A DNA stretch of 64,000 nucleotides from the NCBI RefSeq assembly GCF_009914755.1, contig NC_060945.1. One strand, given 5' to 3'. Below the pieces are notes generated by a model. That model was given only the letters and a program-made list of their open reading frames with translations, did not search any database and was not told the DNA's origin. The stretch is from the human T2T-CHM13v2.0 reference genome, Homo sapiens. Below, piece after piece: positions 32,252-53,260 of this stretch (positions are counted from its first letter, which is position 1; the number at the start of each line of letters is the position of its first letter). Both the position numbers and the translations under genes were made by a program.

Positions 32252-34015
32252 TGCCTTTTCTTTCTAGTGGCACAAGCCCCATGGAGTGTGGTGCGTCTGA
32301 TCTCCGATGCTTTTGAACAGTGTAGAAAGTATTGCTGTCTGAATTTAATTTTTTACTACATGTATGGTCTCGATCGACCACAAGAAGATCAATAAGCCCT
32401 TCTCCTTATTCTACTTCCCTTTCTAGCAATGGAGACCTTTGATTGGATTTTTCCTGCCTACAGACAGGAATGAGTCTGCTGTTTTCTTTTTTAAACCCGA
32501 GGGGACTGAGCCTGAGGGCCTCGAGCGCGGCCACCCTCCCCCAACCCCCAACTGGTGATTGTGGTGGTGGTGGTTTTGTGTTCCAGCTTCTGTTCTGTTG
32601 TTGTTGTTGCTGCTGGTGGTGCTGTCGTCATTGTTTTGGTATTTTACAGACTCAGGGGGTGTACGTGCTTGTTTGTTAGAAAGGCCTACTGCTGCCTCCA
32701 GTTGTAGAAGTGGACCTCCAGTGTATCCGATACCCACGTGGCGAACATTGTCTCCGACGGGGCGATTTATTCATCCCTCGTCCCCCTCTTACCCTCCTCC
32801 TCCCTTTTGGAGTGTCTGCTATTTCCATCTTGATGACCGTGTGCGTACCCACTGTTTACCTCCCACTTGTAAGCAGAAGACAGTTCACTGGGTACACACT
32901 TGCTTCCAGCTCTATCCATATTGTGGGAAAAGAGGTGAAATCGCTCTTTTTTGTGCCTGCACCATTGGAGAATTTTAACTTTCTTGGTGGTTGTTTTCCT
33001 TTTTCCTTTTCTTTTCTTTTCTTTTTTTTTTAATTTCTTTTCTTTTCTTTCTTCCTCCTCCTCCTCCTTCTTTTTTTCATTGCTTTCAGCTGGGCTCTCC
33101 TACTTGTGTTGCTCAGTTGCTCGGGCTTGTCTCAAACTCCTGGCCTTGACACTTCTCCCGTCACATCCACCGTCTAGTTGTTGAAATGAGCATCTCTTTT
33201 AAAATTGAAAAGATGAAAAAAATAAAGAGAAAGACAAAAAGCACGGGGTGAACGTTTCTCTTGCTGCCTCCCAGCGTGTACCTTGGACCCCATAGGAGGG
33301 AGGGAGCTTGGCTGGGTGGGTTTTCGGTGCTAAATCCTCCCGAGGGCCTCCTTCCCTCTTCCTCTTGTCCCCGCTTCTCTCCCAGCCAAGGCTCCCACCG
33401 CCGCGATGGGATTTTCCATGGGAGAGGTATGGGAGAGGACTGACGTGGCTTCCAGATCTATATCCTGCCAGACATCTCTGGCTCAGCATCCCCCACCAGC
33501 TGCCTGCCACCTTCCAGGGAGCTCTGAGGCCGATGCCCCTCCCCCCTTCACATCCCGCCACCCTCCTCCAGCTGGCCTTTGCCCGGCGACCCCAAGGGAA
33601 GGACGCTGATGCTGCTTTGGAATCCTGCAGCGAAGACTTCCACCAGATGCCCCGGGTGGGCCAGATGGGATGGACTGGATCACCCCGGACCGTGCTGTTC
33701 TTGGGGATGGGTTGACGTACAGGGTGGACTGGCAGCCCCAGCATTGTAAAGGGTGCACAGGTATGGAAATGTCACATAGGATGCCCTCCTTTCCCTCAGC
33801 CTGCCTTCAGCTTCCTCAGGCATGAAGACAACTTCCCATCAGAACCTCTTTTCTTCCCTTTCTCCACCACACAGACGAGACCCATGAGAGGGAGAAACAG
33901 CTCAATAGATACTGCTGACCTTCATTTGTGGAATCCTCAGTCATCTACAGACAAAGAGGTGACTAGACAGGGACCCAAATCAAACACCATTTCCGGGTCC
34001 TCATGGTGGGATTGG

Positions 34016-34073
<58 letters not shown>
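34016..34073. repeat. (CT)n(CA)n compound microsatellite
   Basis: Read directly from the sequence. Confidence 0.95.
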
Positions 34074-34076
<3 letters not shown>

Positions 34077-34202
34077 TTCCACATCTAGTTCACAAACCAC
34101 ACTAATTTACACTTTTCACATTATGCAGTCTGAGTAAAACCCACCCCACCCTCCACCCAGCTACTGACGAAACCCCTTCTCTACAACTTATTAAAAAGAT
34201 TA

Positions 34203-34500
<298 letters not shown>

Positions 34501-34654
34501 TGTTATAAGATGGGTTGTGCGTGCTGATACCCGCCTGTAGTCACAGCTACTCGGGAGGCTGAGACAAGGAGAAGATCACTTGAGGCCCCACAGGTCGAGG
34601 CTTCAGTCAGCTGTATCCTGGGTAGTCACTAGTCAAAGAGATATGCCCCTCCCC

Positions 34655-34868
34655 GTTTTCTTTTCTTTTCTTTTCTTTTCTTTTCTTTTCTTTTCTTTTC
34701 TTTTCTTTTCTTTTCTTTTCTTCTTTTCTTTTCTCTCTTCTTTTTTCTTCTCTCTTCTTCCTTCCTTTCTTTCTTCTTTCTTTCTCTCGCTCTCTCTCTT
34801 TCTTTCTTTCTCTCTTTCTTTCTCTTCTTTCTTTCTTTCCCTTTCTTTCTTTCCCTTTCTTTCTTTCC

Positions 34869-34922
<54 letters not shown>

Positions 34923-35000
34923 CTTTTTCTTTCTTTCCTGCCTGACTGACTTCCTGCCTTTCTTATTTTCTCCTTTCATCTCTTCCTCCCTTCCTTCTTT
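34655..35000. repeat. (TTTTC)n/(TTTC)n polypyrimidine tract
   Basis: Read directly from the sequence. Confidence 0.92.
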
Positions 35001-35286
35001 CCTCCCGCCTCGGCCTCCCAAAGTGCTGGGATTACTGGCGTGAGGCACCATGCCTGCTTGGCCTAAAGAGAGACCCTTTGAAAGTAAGACACAGACAGCG
35101 CCTTCTAGTGATCTGATTGATTGATTGACTGATTTAGAAACAGTGTCTCGCTCTGTCACCCTGGCAGTGGTGCCATCATAACTCACTCACTGCAGCGTGG
35201 AAGCTCCTGGATTCAAGTGATCCTTCCACCTCAGCCTCCAGAGTAGAGTACCTGGGACCACAGGCATGCGCCACTGTGCCCAGATC

Positions 35287-35595
35287 ATTTTTATTTATTT
35301 ATTTATTTTTTCCCGAGACAGAGTTTCGTTCTTGTTGCCCAGACTGGAGTGCAATGGTGCGATCTTGGCCACTGCAGCCTCTGCCTCCCGGGTTCAAGCG
35401 ATTCTCCTGCGTCAGCCTCCCGAGTAGCTGGGATTGCAGGCATGCGCCAACACGTCTGGCTGATTTTGTATTGTTAGTAGAGACGGGGCTTCTCCGTGTT
35501 GGTCAGGCTGGTCTCAAACTCCCGACCTCAGGTGATCTGCCCTCCTCGGCCTCCCAAAGTGCCGGGATGGCAGACGTGAGCCACTGCTCCTGGCC
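35287..35595 (-). mobile_element. Alu in IGS (additional partial Alu pieces at ~35000-35285 and ~35600-35705)
   Basis: Reverse Alu dimer. Confidence 0.85.
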
Positions 35596-36765
35596 TTCAT
35601 TTTTATATGTTTTTCCACAGACAGGGTCTCATCATTTTGTTGCAACCCTCCTGACCCGGCGTCTCAAAGTGCTGGCGTGACGGGCGTGAGACACTGCGCC
35701 TGGTCTCCGGGGAATGATTCACGACCATGACCGCTGTACTAATTCTTTCTTTCTTCTTTCTTTCTTTCATTGATGAATTTTTTTATTATTGATTGATTGA
35801 TTGATTGATTGATTTTGAGACAGAGTCTCGCTCTGGTCGAGGCGAGGCGAGGCGAGGCGAGGTGCATCGCTTTGGAAGACACAGCACCGCCTTCTAAAGC
35901 CCCATTCAAATGCACAAAGCCCTATTTCCTTCCTGGAGTTGGAGCTGATGCCTTCCATCGCCTTCGGCTTCTCTCCATTCAGAAGTTTTACAGGCGCAAT
36001 CCCACCCAGAGGCTGGCTGTGGCTGAGGATTAGGGGATGTGGGTGGGGCTGGAAACTTGGTCCCCTATGGTTGCAAGCTCAGCCAAGACATCCCCCGACC
36101 CCCATCGCTTGCTCACCCTTTGAGATCCCCTGACTCCACCGCCTTGGAGGCTGACCTCTTACTTTAATTTGTCTTTCTTCCTTTCCTGCGTTTGAGGAGG
36201 GGATGCAGGAATGAGGGTGTGTATGGGGTGGTGGTGTGGGGTGGGGACGGAGGGGAGCGTCCTAAGGGCCGATTTAGTGTCATGCCTCTTTCACCGCCAC
36301 CGCCGAAGATGACAGCAACAATCAGCTAAATACCGCGTGTTCTCATCCATAAGTGGGAACTTATAGATGACAGTTCTGCGTGGGCAGAACGAGGAGGACC
36401 AGAGAAGCGGGAGCCTACTTGAGGGAGGAGGGGTGGAAGGAAAGACAGCTTCAGGAAAAAACAAAACGAAACAAAACAAGAAAACTGTCAAGTACTGTGC
36501 TGAGTATCTGGCTGATGAAATCATCTGCACACTGAACACCCCCCTGTCAGAAGTTTACCTATGTAACAATCTTGCACATGTATGTTTGAGCAAGAAATGA
36601 AAGTTAGGGGAGAAAGAGAGAGAGAGGGAGAGAGAGAGAGAGGGAGAGAGGGAAAGAGAGAGAGAGAGAGAGAAGTTAAACGAAACAGCACCTCCTGTAC
36701 CTGAGTCAGGGGGTTTCCGGCCTTTTGGGGGAACATTCAGCGACAATGCAGTATTTGGGCCTGTT

Positions 36766-37060
36766 CTTTTTCTTTTTTCTTCTTTTCTTTTTTTTGGACT
36801 GAGTCTCTCTCGCTCTGTCACCCAGCCTGCGTTGAAGTGGCGCTCTCTCGGCTCACTGAAACCTCTTCTTCCCGGGTTCCAGTGTTTCTTCTTCGGTAGC
36901 TGGGATTACAGGCGCGCACCACAACAGCCGGCTAATTTTTCTATTTTTAGTAGAGACGGGGTTGCTCCATGTTGGCCACGTTGGTATTGAACTCCTCACC
37001 TCAAGTGATCCACCTTCCTGTGCCTCCCAAAGTTCTGGGACGACAGGCCTGAGCCGCCGG
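36766..37060 (-). mobile_element. Alu in IGS
   Basis: Reverse Alu dimer. Confidence 0.82.
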
Positions 37061-37344
37061 GATTTCAGCCTTTAAAAACAGGAGCCATGACACTTTTCGC
37101 TGCGGCCCTTACACTCAGAATGACGTGTCGTCTCTGCCATAGGTTAACTCCTTGAGTCCCCTATGCCATTGTACTCTAGCCTGGGCAGCAAGAGCGAAAC
37201 TCCGTCCCCCCACCTTCCCGTGCAAATAAATAAATAAATAAATAAATAAACAAACAAATAAATAAAATCTCTACACATGACCTACAAGTGTGCATTCCCA
37301 TGAGTGATTTCTAAGAAATGACACTGTACACTGAACGCAGAAGC

Positions 37345-37690
37345 CCACGTCTGTCATCCCAGCACTTTGGGAGGCTGAGGTGGGTGGTTCACGAGGTCAG
37401 GAGTTCAAGACCAGCCTAGCCAACATGGTGAAACCCCTTCTCTACTGAAAATACGAAACTGAGTTGGGCGCAGTGGGGCAGGCATGTGTAATCCCAGCTA
37501 CTCGGGAGGTTGAGGCGGGAGAATCGCTTGAACCTCGCAGGCGGAGGTTTCAGTGACCCAGGATGTTGCCACTGCACTACAGCCTCGGTGACAGAGTGAG
37601 ACTTGGTCTCCAAATAAATAAATATATAAATAAATAAGAAAAAAAGAAAAGAAAAGAAAAGAAAAGAAAAGAAAAGAAAACCAGAAAAGA
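37345..37690 (+). mobile_element. Alu in IGS with (TAAA)n/(GAAAA)n tail
   Basis: Alu dimer followed by a simple-repeat tail. Confidence 0.82.
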
Positions 37691-37731
37691 AATAAAATGA
37701 AAGAAAAGTCACTGTATCGCTACTGGGCTAG

Positions 37732-39535
<1,804 letters not shown>

Positions 39536-39786
39536 CAGAGCCCTTTTGCCGGGGAGGGCCCTGCCCCTTCCACGAAAGTGAGAAGCGCCTGCTTAGAGAG
39601 GCAGAGAGGAATCTAGACAGACGGTCCTTGCTAGGCTTCGCCACTCGGTGTATGATTTTGGGAGGTCGAGGCCGGGTCCCCACTTGGATGGAAGGGGCAT
39701 TTTCAAACGTTTCTCCCTGTCATGTGTGGCGTCCCTACTTCTCGTATTTCCCTGATAAGCTCCTCGACTTAAAAATACATGGTTAA

Positions 39787-40115
<329 letters not shown>

Positions 40116-41379
40116 GCATTCTTTTACCTGCTGACTGACACTTGCAGGCATCGGTTGTCTTTGGGTGTCACCTAGCGGCCACTGTTATTGAAAGTCGAGG
40201 TGACATGGAGAGAGGTCTGGCCGACTTCACCGAGCCTGGGGCAACCGGTTTCTCTCTCTCCCTTCTGGAGACCCCTCCCTCTCTTCCTCGTTGCCTAGGG
40301 AACCTCCGCCCTGGCGGGGGCCCTATTGTTCTTTGATCAGCGCTTTAGTTTTCTTTCTGTTTTGGTTTCTTTCATGTGCATAGACTCTTCTACTTGGGTT
40401 TTAGGAGGGGTCCGTTTAATTTTCAAGTCCCGCCCCGGCTCCCCCCACTACCCACGTCCCTTTATCTTCATTTAGTGAGTCAGTTAGGTGGGTTCCTCCC
40501 AAACCCCCCAACCCCGCCTGCCAACACCCTGCTTGGAAACCTTCCGGAGCCACCCCGGTGTGCCTCCGTCTTCTCTCCCCTTCCCCCACCGCTTGCCGGC
40601 GATCTCATTCTTGCCAGGCTGACATTTGCATCGGTGGGCGTCAGGCCTCACTCAGTGGCCACCATTTTTGAAGATGGGGGTGGCCCGGTCCTACTTCCCC
40701 AGAGGCAGCTTGGGCCGATGGCATAGCCCTTGACCCGCTTGGGCAAGCGGGCGGGTCTGCAGTTGTGGGGTTTTTGCCCCGCTTCCCTCCTCAGGCCTCC
40801 CTCCCTAGGAAAGCTTCACCCCGGCTGGGTCTCTATCACCTTTTATCATGATGTTTTAGTTTCTCAGCCCTCAGTCCAGCATAGTTTCACAGTGGGAATG
40901 ACGTCACAGCTCTAATCTGGGCCTTCTTAGTATTAGCCCAAAATAGAAATGCTTTCTGAAAACTAATACTTTGCTCACTTAAGATTTCCAGGGACAGTGC
41001 CTTGGCCTGTGTTTGTTGGCTTGTTTTGTTTTGTTCGTGTTTTTCCTTTTTCTTATGTATTTCTTTTTAGACGAAGTAGAAATCCCCAGTTTTCAGGAAG
41101 ACGTATATTTTGCCCAAGACATGTTAGCTGCGGTTTTCTCCTGTTGTTAACTAACGATTTTGTGAATCTCTGAACGTATAGTGAGAGCCGGTTGATGTTT
41201 ACTAGACTTCAGAACATCTTATGTTCTAGAAATCCATAAGCGATTGCTGCTGCTGCTCTTGCTGCTGCTGCTGCTCTTGCTGCTGTTGTTGTTGTTTTCA
41301 AAGCACACCCCGGCCACCGTTTATGGGATCAAAAGCGTTATAAAATATGTGTAATTATTTCCTGAGCATGCCCTTCCTC

Positions 41380-42490
41380 CTCCTCTCTCTGTCTCTCTCT
41401 CTCTCTTTATCTGTCTTCTATCTTTCTCTGTCTCTCTCTCTTTGCCTATTTCTCTCTCTCTCTGCCTGTCTCTCTCACTGTGTCTGTCTTCTCTCTTACT
41501 CCCTTTCTCTGTCTGTCTGTCTCTCTCTCTCTCTCCCTGTCTGTCTGTCTGTTTCTCTCTGTCTCTGTCTCTTTCTCTGTCTCTCTCTCTTTCTGTTTCT
41601 CTCTGTCCATCTCTGTCTTTCTCTGTCTGTCTCTCAGTCTGTCTCTTTCTTTCTCTGTCTCTCTGTCTCTGTGTGTCTCTCTCTCTGCCTGTCTCTCTCA
41701 CTGTGTCTGTCTTCTGTCTTACTCTTTTTCTGCCGGTCTGTCTCTCTCTTTCTCTCTCTCTCTGTCTCTCTCTATTTGTTTCTCTCTGTCTCTCTCTGTC
41801 CATCTCTGTCTTTCTCTGTCTCTTTGTCTGTCTGTCTGTATCTCTCTTTCTCTGTCTCGCTGTCTCTGTCTCTCTCTCTGCCTGTCTGTCTGTAGGTCTC
41901 TCTCTCTCTCCCTGTCTGTCTGTTTTTTTCTCTCTCTCTTTGCCTGTCTGTTTCTCTGTCTCTGTCTCTCTGTCTGTCTCTCTCCGCCTGTCTCTCTGTG
42001 TGTCTGTCTTCTGTCTTACTGTCTTTCTCTGCCTGTCTCTCTCTCTCCTTGCCTGTTTCTCTCTCTCTCTGTCTCTGTTTCTCTCTGTCTCCCTCTGTCT
42101 GTCTCTGTCTTTCTCTCTCTGTCTCTTTCTCTCTGTCTATCTCTCTCTTTCTTTCTCTCTGTCTGTCCATCTGTCTCTGTCTCTCTGTGTGTGTGTGTTT
42201 CTGCCTTCTGTCTTACTCTCTTTCTCTGACTGTCTGCCTGCCTGTCTGTCTGTCTCTCTCTGTATGTCTCTCTCTCTTTCTGTCTCTGTCTCTTTCTGTT
42301 TCTTTCTGTCTCTGTCCATCTCTGTCTTTCTCTGTCTGTGTCTTTATCTGTCTGTCTCTCTCTTTCTGTCTTTCTCTCTTTGTGTATCTTTGTGTCTCTC
42401 TGTCTGTCTCTCTCTGTCTCTGTCTTTGTCTCTGTATCTCTCTCTCTCGCCCGCTCTCTGGCTCTCGCTATCTCCCGCCCTCTCTTTCTT
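41380..42490. repeat. Second long CT/CTGT-rich IGS tract
   Basis: Read directly from the sequence; same higher unit as the first tract. Confidence 0.92.
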
Positions 42491-43783
42491 TGCAAAATAA
42501 GTTCAAGTACATCTAATCTAATCCATTACCACGACCTGAATTCTTAACATTAGACATCCCAGATTTGATCTCCCTACAGAATGCTGTACAGAATTGGCGA
42601 GTTGATTTCTGGACTTGGATACCTCATAGATACTACATATTAATAAAGATCCAACCATAAAATCTGGGGTTGCGTCTCCCTCGACTGTCTCAAAAAATCA
42701 TACCTCTGTTCACCTAGGATGCTGGGAGGTTTTTCTTAATGTGCATCTGCTCGTGTTCTACATGAACTGTGACAGAGCCCAGTCTGTTCTGTCTCAAATA
42801 TGTATCTGCAAACACGTCTCTCCATTTCCACAACTACCCATGGCCCCTTGTGGAACCACTGGCTCTTTGAAAAAAAATCCCAGAAGTGGCTTTGACTTTT
42901 TGGCTAGGAGGCGTAAACCTGCTGAGAACTTTCCTGCCCAGGATTCTGTGTGAACAAAAGTGCCTCTGCTGGGAGCTGGGATCCTCGGGACCATGCTTGC
43001 TATCGTTGGATGAGTCTCTGGAAGGACGCATGGGACTCCGAAAAGCTGACCTGTCCCACCGAGGTCAAATGGATACCTCTGCATTGGCCCGAGGCCTCCA
43101 ACGTACATCACCATCACCAACCGTCACCGTCAGCATCCTTGTGAGCCTGCCCAAGGCCCCGACTCCGGGGAGACTCTTGGGAGCCCGGCCTTCATAGGCT
43201 AAAGTAGAAAGGGATTGCGACTTCCACCCACAAGGTCCCCACTGAACTGCGAAGATGTGGAGCGTAGGTCAGAGAGGGGACCAGGAGGTAAGATGTCCTG
43301 ACAGGCGATGAGTTAACTAGGCTCTGGCCACCCCACTCACGTCCCACGTCCCGGGAACCCGCGGAACACTGCCGCTTTATCCCCTCCTCTGTCCACAGCC
43401 GCCCCCACCCCACCCCGCAACCCACGCATACACACTGGAGGTTACAAAACCACAGGGTGTGAATAGAGCCTGACGGAGCAAGAGCTCATTTCATGAGGCG
43501 GGATGGGTGGGTTGGGGTGGGGGTTGGGGGTTCTGTAGAGAGCCCGATTCTCCCTCGTGGGTGGCTACAGGACACAAATGAATATCGCTTCTTGGGCGGA
43601 GGGGCTTCCTTAGGCCGTCACGTTTGCGGGACTATCTCTCAAACCCTTCCTTGAGGCCACAAAATAGATTCCACCCCACCCCTCGACGTTTCCCTGGGTG
43701 CTGGATGTATCCTGTCAAGAGACCTGAGTCTGACACATTGAGTGAAACACCTTTATTGGCTTTGTGTGTTTGTTTGTTTCTGA

Positions 43784-43930
<147 letters not shown>

Positions 43931-44008
43931 TGAACCTGTTTCATTGGTTTTCACTGGAGATTCCAGATTCGAGTCACACCTCATTGTGTGACACATAATG
44001 ACTTCTTT

Positions 44009-47781
<3,773 letters not shown>

Positions 47782-48290
47782 AATGACTTCTTTACCCTGC
47801 AGACTCTGGAAAGCCCGTCCCCTTGTTATCCATTGCAAAGCGAGAGTCACCTCATGTTTGGAAAATGGATTTGCTCCCAAGTTCTGTGGAGGAATGTGGC
47901 ATGTAGGACGAAGGACTCTCTTCCTTCTGATTCAGTCTGCACAGTGGGGTCTAGGGCTGGAGCTCTCTCCGTGCGGACCACAGACTCCCTCTACCTTGGG
48001 TTCCATCGACCCCACCCTGGGACACAGGCCTTGGCAGATTCTGGCCCTTCCTGACCCTTAAGTCGCGTCAGAAACCCCATCTCGTGCTCGGATGCCCCGA
48101 ATGACTGCGGCTCGCGCCTCTCTGGAAACATTGGAAATCACCTGAAACCACAGGAGCTCGGGACACACGGCCGCCATCCACCTCACTGCTTTCGGGAGAG
48201 AATGCTGAGAGTCTTTTACCGACTCTCTCTTGACTTGAGTTCTTCATGGGTGTGTGGTTAACACGTAGTGAGACCAGATGTATTTACTCA

Positions 48291-49375
<1,085 letters not shown>

Positions 49376-49399
49376 CCCCCCCTTCCCCCGCCATCTTAT

Positions 49400-51391
49400 C
49401 ATTCAGGTGCCAGAGGCCGAGCTGTGGTGTGTGGTTCCCACCCCCAGCTCCCCCTCCTCCATTCACCACCGTGATGTCCGAGAGTGGGTCCTGGGGGAGC
49501 TCGTTGGTGTGGGGGTCGAGGGGGTTGAGTGAGACGCGCCCCTCCCACGCAGGGAAGGGCGCCGCCTGGTCTGGCAAGTGCAGGTCCCGTGCTCCCCTCT
49601 GGCGTGTGCGCGCGGGTCGTGTGAGCGAGCGCGGTGGGTTCGGGCAGGTGACGCATGCGCTGGCCGACCACCGAGGGGCTACCGTTCTGCCTCCGACAGG
49701 TTGTGTGTGGGATTACTTGGAGGTGCTTTGCCTGGGAGAAAGGAGGCAGGTGGGCGGGGGGGCACTTGGGGGATTGCACCCACGTACAGTGCCCAGGCCC
49801 CCCGCCCAGACCGCGAAGGCTCAAAGTTGCTGCACGCAGATTTTTCCTGGTACCACGGGCCCCCTCACTTCCCCAGGCGTCCCTGAGTGCCTCTGCGGGC
49901 CCGACGAGGGGTGATTGGCGGGTGGGGAGTGTGACCCACCCTCGGTGAGAAAGCCTTCTCTAGCGATCCGACAGGTGTGCCTTTGGGGTACCAGATTCCC
50001 CTGCCTGCCGCCTATCTCTGCGTTATGGTAGCGCTGCCATAGTGACTCGCTTGCAGGGGACCCTCCTCCGCTTCCCCCTCGACGGGGTGAGGTGGGGAGA
50101 GCGAGGGTTCCCCTGGCCTCAGCGGTGGGGATGGAGGGCGGCTCGTCACCTACTGTGTGGCCCGCGCCTCCCCCTTCCGAGTCGGGGGAGGATCCCGCCA
50201 GGCCGGGCCTGCGTCCTAGCGGTTGGGAGGCTGCACGAGCGGTGGCTGTGCCCGGCGTTCCGTCCGGCACGTGACCCGCTCCCCTGAGGAGCAGCGACCG
50301 GTGCCGACGACCGCGTTTGCATGGCAGGGCATTGGGCCTCCTGGCCATGGGAAGTGTCCCAAGTGGGGGGCGCGCTGGTCTCCCAGAGCTTGACCGTGTC
50401 GGAGGATGGACGAGAAACACGCAACGTGGCCCTGGCTTTGGGTTTGTGGCTGCAGTCGCTTCTGGGTCCCGATGGCAGGACCCGGGCTCGTGAGGCGGAT
50501 CTCGGTGGGTGCCGAGGGCCATCTGGCATCCTAGGCGGGGCGCCACGGGACCTTCCTAGTGTCTGTGGCGGTGGGATCCCATGGCCGTGTTTTCCTGGTG
50601 GCCCGGCCGTGCCTGAGGTTTCTGCCCAAGCCGCACCTCTGCGGGCTCCCGGGTGCCCTTGCCCTTGCGGTCCCTGGCCTTGCCTGTCTGTGCCCCCCTC
50701 CCCGCCCGCGGATCCTCTCTCCCCGAGCAGCTTGCTGGCTTAGGCTGTGGTGGCCCCATCTGGGACCAAACCCTGCTCCGCCTTGTGTGGCACCGCCACC
50801 GGCCACTGGTTGGCCCATTGTCCGTGTCCCTGGGCGCGCGCCTTCGGGACCAGGTCAGCGGTGCCCCGCATGGGCCTGGTGGGCGCCCGGAGGGTTTGGG
50901 GTCGGCCTGCAGCACGCGCAGGGAAGAGGGTTCCGGGCGCTGGCTGCGATGGCAGTGGCGGTGTGGGAGCCGCGGGCCCACCGAAGGCCAGTCGGCCGCT
51001 CCAGGTGACGCGCGGGGCCGCCTTGGTGCTTGGAGGCCGCTGGCGTTGAGACCCCGGGCACTGCGGTCCACCTCTCGTTTGCTGCCCAAACGTCGGGGCC
51101 GCCCTGCGCCTGCCACGCGCGAGTGGCCGCCGGTCCCTCACGGCTGCTGCTCACGGGTCGGGCGGTCTGCCTCCTCGCACGTGGGCGCGAAGGGTCGGGA
51201 GTGGTGAGCCCATCGTGGGGTGATGTGTACTGTGGGTGTATGGGATTTCTGGTTCGCCGCTCCACCACCCCCCTCCCACCGCCCCGAGCTGCTCCATCCC
51301 TCCCACACGCCCGGTCGCCCGCCCTGCCGCCCCATCCTCGTGACTGGGACTCCGGGCTCATCCTTGCGAGGCCCGGAGGCCGCTTTCTACT
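49400..51391 (+). pseudogene. Partial 5' external transcribed spacer (5'ETS) of 45S pre-rRNA
   Basis: GC-rich sequence with 5'ETS motifs (gacccaccctcggtgagaaagccttctctagcgatcc), contiguous with the 18S. Confidence 0.85.
50508..50623 (+). ncRNA. MIR663-like hairpin sequence (5'ETS-derived)
   Basis: Contains aggcggggcgccacgggacc (miR-663a-like) and ggtggcccggccgtgcctgagg at 50597-50618 (miR-663b-like). There is no evidence of expression. Confidence 0.55.
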
Positions 51392-53260
51392 TACGTGGTT
51401 GATCCTACCAGTACCATATGCTTGTCTCAAAGATTAAGCCATACATGTCTAAGTACACAGGGCCGGTACAGTGAAATTGCGAATGGCTCATTAAATCAGT
51501 TAGGGTTCTTTTGGTCACTCTCTCCTCTCCTACTTGCAAAACTGTGGTAATTATAGAGCTAATACATGCCGAAGGGCACTGATCCCCTTCGCGGGGAAGA
51601 TGCGTGCATTTATCAGATCAAAACCAACCCGGTCAGCCCCTCTTCAGCCCAGGCCGGGGGAGGGGTTCGGGTGCCACTGGCTTTGGTGACTCTAGATAGC
51701 CTTGGGTTAATCGCACGCCCCCCGTGGCAGGGACGACCCATTCGAACGTCTGCCCTATCAACTTTCAATGGTAGTTGCTGTGCCTACCATGGTGACCATG
51801 GGAGACGGGGAATCAGAGTTCGATTCTGGAGAGGGAGCCTGAGAAATGGCTACCACATTCAAGGAAGGCAGCAGGCATGCAAATTACCCACTCCCGACCC
51901 GAAGAGGTAGTGACGAAAAATAACAAAACAGGACTCTTTTGAGGTCCTGTAATTGGAATGAGTCCACTTTAAATCCTTTAATGAGGATCCATTGGAGGGC
52001 AAATCTAGTGCCAGCAGCCGCAGTAATTCCAGCTCCAATAGCGTATATTAAAGTTGCTGCAGTTAAAAAGCTCGTAGTTGGATCTTGGGAGCGGGTGGGC
52101 GGTCTGCCACGAGGCGAGCCACCACCCATCCCCGCCCCTTGCCTCTTGGCGCCCCCCTGATGCTCTTAGCTGAGTGTCCTGCAGCCCGAAGCGTTTACTT
52201 TGAAAAAATTAGAGTGTTCAAAGCAGGTCCGAGCCGCCTGGATACCTCAGCTAGGAATAATGGAATAGGACCGCGGTTCTATTCTGTTGGTTTTCGGAAC
52301 TGAGGCCATGATTAAGAGGGACGGGCGGGGGCATTCGTATTGCGCCGCTAGAGGTGAAATTCTTGGGCCGGCGCAGTTCGGACCAGAGTGAAAGCATTTG
52401 CCAAGAATGTTTTCATTAATCAAGAACGAAAGTCGGAGGTTCGAAGACGATCAGATACAGTCGTAGTTCCGACCATAAACGATGCCAACTGGCGATGTGG
52501 CAGCGTTATTCCCATGACCCGCTGGGCAGCTTCCAAGAAACCAAAGTCTTTGGGTTTTTAGGTTCCGGGGGGAGTATGGTTGCAAAGCTGAAACTTAAAG
52601 GAATTGGTGGAAGGGACCAGCAGGAGTGGCGCCTATGGCTTAATTTGACTCAACATGGGAAAAATCACCCGGACGGACATGGACAGGATTGACAGATTGA
52701 TAGCTCTTTCTCTGTTCCATGGGTGGTGGTGCATGGCCTTAGTTGGTGGAGTGATTTGTCTGGTTAATTCCGATAACCAACGAGACTCTGGCATGCTAAC
52801 TAGTTACGCGACCCCTGAGCGGTCGGCGTCCCCCAACTTCTTAGAGGGACAAGTGGCGTTCAGCCACCGGAAATTGAGCAATAACAGGTCTGTGATGCCC
52901 TTAGATGTACGGGGCTGCACGTGCACTACACTGACTGGCTCAGCGTGTGCCTACCCTATGTGGCAGAGGCGGGTAACCTGTTGAACCCCATTCGTGATGG
53001 GGATGGGGGATTGCAATTATTCCCCATGAAGGAGGAATTTCCAGTAAGTGTGGGTCATAAGCTTACCTGAAGTCCCTGCCCTATGTACACACTGCCCGTC
53101 GCTACTACTGATAGGATGGTTTAGTGAGGCCCTTGGATGGGCCCCGCCAGGTCAGCCCACTGCCCTGGCAGAGCACTGAGAAGACAGGCGAACTTGACTA
53201 TCTAGAGGAAGTAAAAGTCCTAACAAAGTTTCGGTAGGTGAACCTGCTGAGGGATCATTA
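51392..53260 (+). rRNA. RNA18SP: 18S rRNA pseudogene, near full length
   Basis: Runs from tacgtggttgatcctaccagt to gggatcatta, ~1.87 kb. Universally conserved motifs are mutated (gccgcagtaa, acacactgcccgtc, aagtcctaacaaag). Confidence 0.97.
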
